Below are positions 63,336-64,000 of a stretch of 64,000 nt of DNA, piece by piece. The notes below the pieces were generated by a model, which searched no databases, was not told the DNA's origin, and worked only from the letters and a program-made list of their open reading frames with translations. Numbering within the stretch: the first letter of the stretch is position 1; every line of letters starts with the position of its first letter. The stretch is from Candidatus Latescibacterota bacterium (GTDB lineage Bacteria; Latescibacterota; UBA2968; UBA8231): assembly GCA_965200315.1 (NCBI GenBank), contig OZ241362.1, forward strand, positions 960,001-1,024,000, read 5' to 3'. Made by a program: the position numbers and the translations under genes.

Positions 63336-64000
63336 TCAATACGCCACCCCAACTAGGCGGGCAGCCGAGTTGCCATCCTCGGCGTCGTCATCTACCTCGA
63401 TACGGGCGAGGTAAAGGCCCGGGGACACTAAGGTTCCCTCTTCGTCCCGGCCGTCCCACACAAGGCTATACAGCCCGTTCGCCATGTTGCGCCGCTCAGC
63501 AAGACGCCTCACTTGCCTGCCTGCCAAGTCGTAAAAAGCCACCGTTACTTGCCGGGCCACATTGACTTTGAGCACGGCAAACGAAAAGACAGCCGCGTCG
63601 TTGATGCCGTCGCCATTCGGGGTAAAAGTGGCGGGATCTACCTCGATTGTCCCGATCTGCCCGCGGTGGGCGGTCGTCAAGACTGTCAACCCCTCACCAA
63701 CGGCCAATTCGTCTCCTACCGGGTCCGCTGGGTCCACCCGCTGCCAGTTGTCCGCTTGAGTCGAGCGCCCAACTTCGGCGGCAAAAGTGGCACCGCTCAG
63801 GAAAACGCGTGACGAAAAAGAGACCCGCACAATATCCGCACTGCCGCGCCGCAGTATTCTTGGCAAGCCGATTTGCAGCGTGTCACTTGCCACCTTGGTC
63901 AAGTCCAGTTCCTCCCCCGCCTCATTCTCAAAACGGCCTTTTTCCACCTCGGCAAATATCTCCTCGTTTCCGGCGGCAAATTCGCTTTCGTCTCCCAAAC
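63336..64000 (-). CDS. FlgD-Ig/CHU_C-like CTD protein (paralogue 4), 3' end only
   Basis: WQRVDP, FTPNGDGIND, YDLAGRQV, WDGRD, PGLY; ends VGVAY. The 5' part lies outside the window. Confidence 0.82.
   Translation of the reverse strand, partial: LGDESEFAAGNEEIFAEVEKGRFENEAGEELDLTKVASDTLQIGLPRILRRGSADIVRVSFSSRVFLSGATFAAEVGRSTQADNWQRVDPADPVGDELAVGEGLTVLTTAHRGQIGTIEVDPATFTPNGDGINDAAVFSFAVLKVNVARQVTVAFYDLAGRQVRRLAERRNMANGLYSLVWDGRDEEGTLVSPGLYLARIEVDDDAEDGNSAARLVGVAY

Noticed and set aside
1-64000. tRNA, rRNA, integrase, transposase or prophage genes
   Set aside because: None was recognised in the intergenic regions or ORF translations. Short or divergent RNAs could be missed without covariance-model searches.

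Overview
GC-rich bacterial chromosomal window, probably from an uncultured FCB-superphylum lineage such as Ca. Latescibacterota. That taxonomy is an inference from several PhyH dioxygenases, DUF6785-like membrane proteins, FlgD/CHU_C-type C-terminal domains and a C-terminal 'AVE..SWG.IK' motif. Housekeeping genes include zapA, infC (ATC start), rplC, hinT, pcm, carB, pyrK, pyrD, nnr and an M20 peptidase. Both infC and rplC are monocistronic and detached from their usual operons. The dominant feature is a ~26.5 kb co-directional envelope locus (13792-40342) bracketed by two TPR-fused GT-C glycosyltransferases. Its first half holds two DUF6785-like paralogues flanking an HTTM-like / GMC oxidoreductase / Tat small subunit / GT-C module. 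Its second half holds a secreted 'WG.IK'-tailed protein, three paralogous secreted proteins with T9SS-type-B-like C-terminal domains ending in V/I-x-Y, a lipoprotein PPIase and an 886-aa putative outer-membrane protein. A fourth paralogue lies at the right edge, and a PorW/SprE-like TPR lipoprotein fused to a TonB C-terminal domain sits inside the pyrimidine operon. Together these are the best candidate for an undescribed T9SS-related secretion/surface-glycoprotein system. Accessory debris includes two copies of a ~150-165 bp MITE, two SNF2 fragments, a frameshifted RelE-type toxin, Uma2 and Cache fragments, and intact Fic and AAA-DUF4143 genes. No rRNA, tRNA or CRISPR array was seen. Family assignments come from motif recognition by eye, not from database searches.
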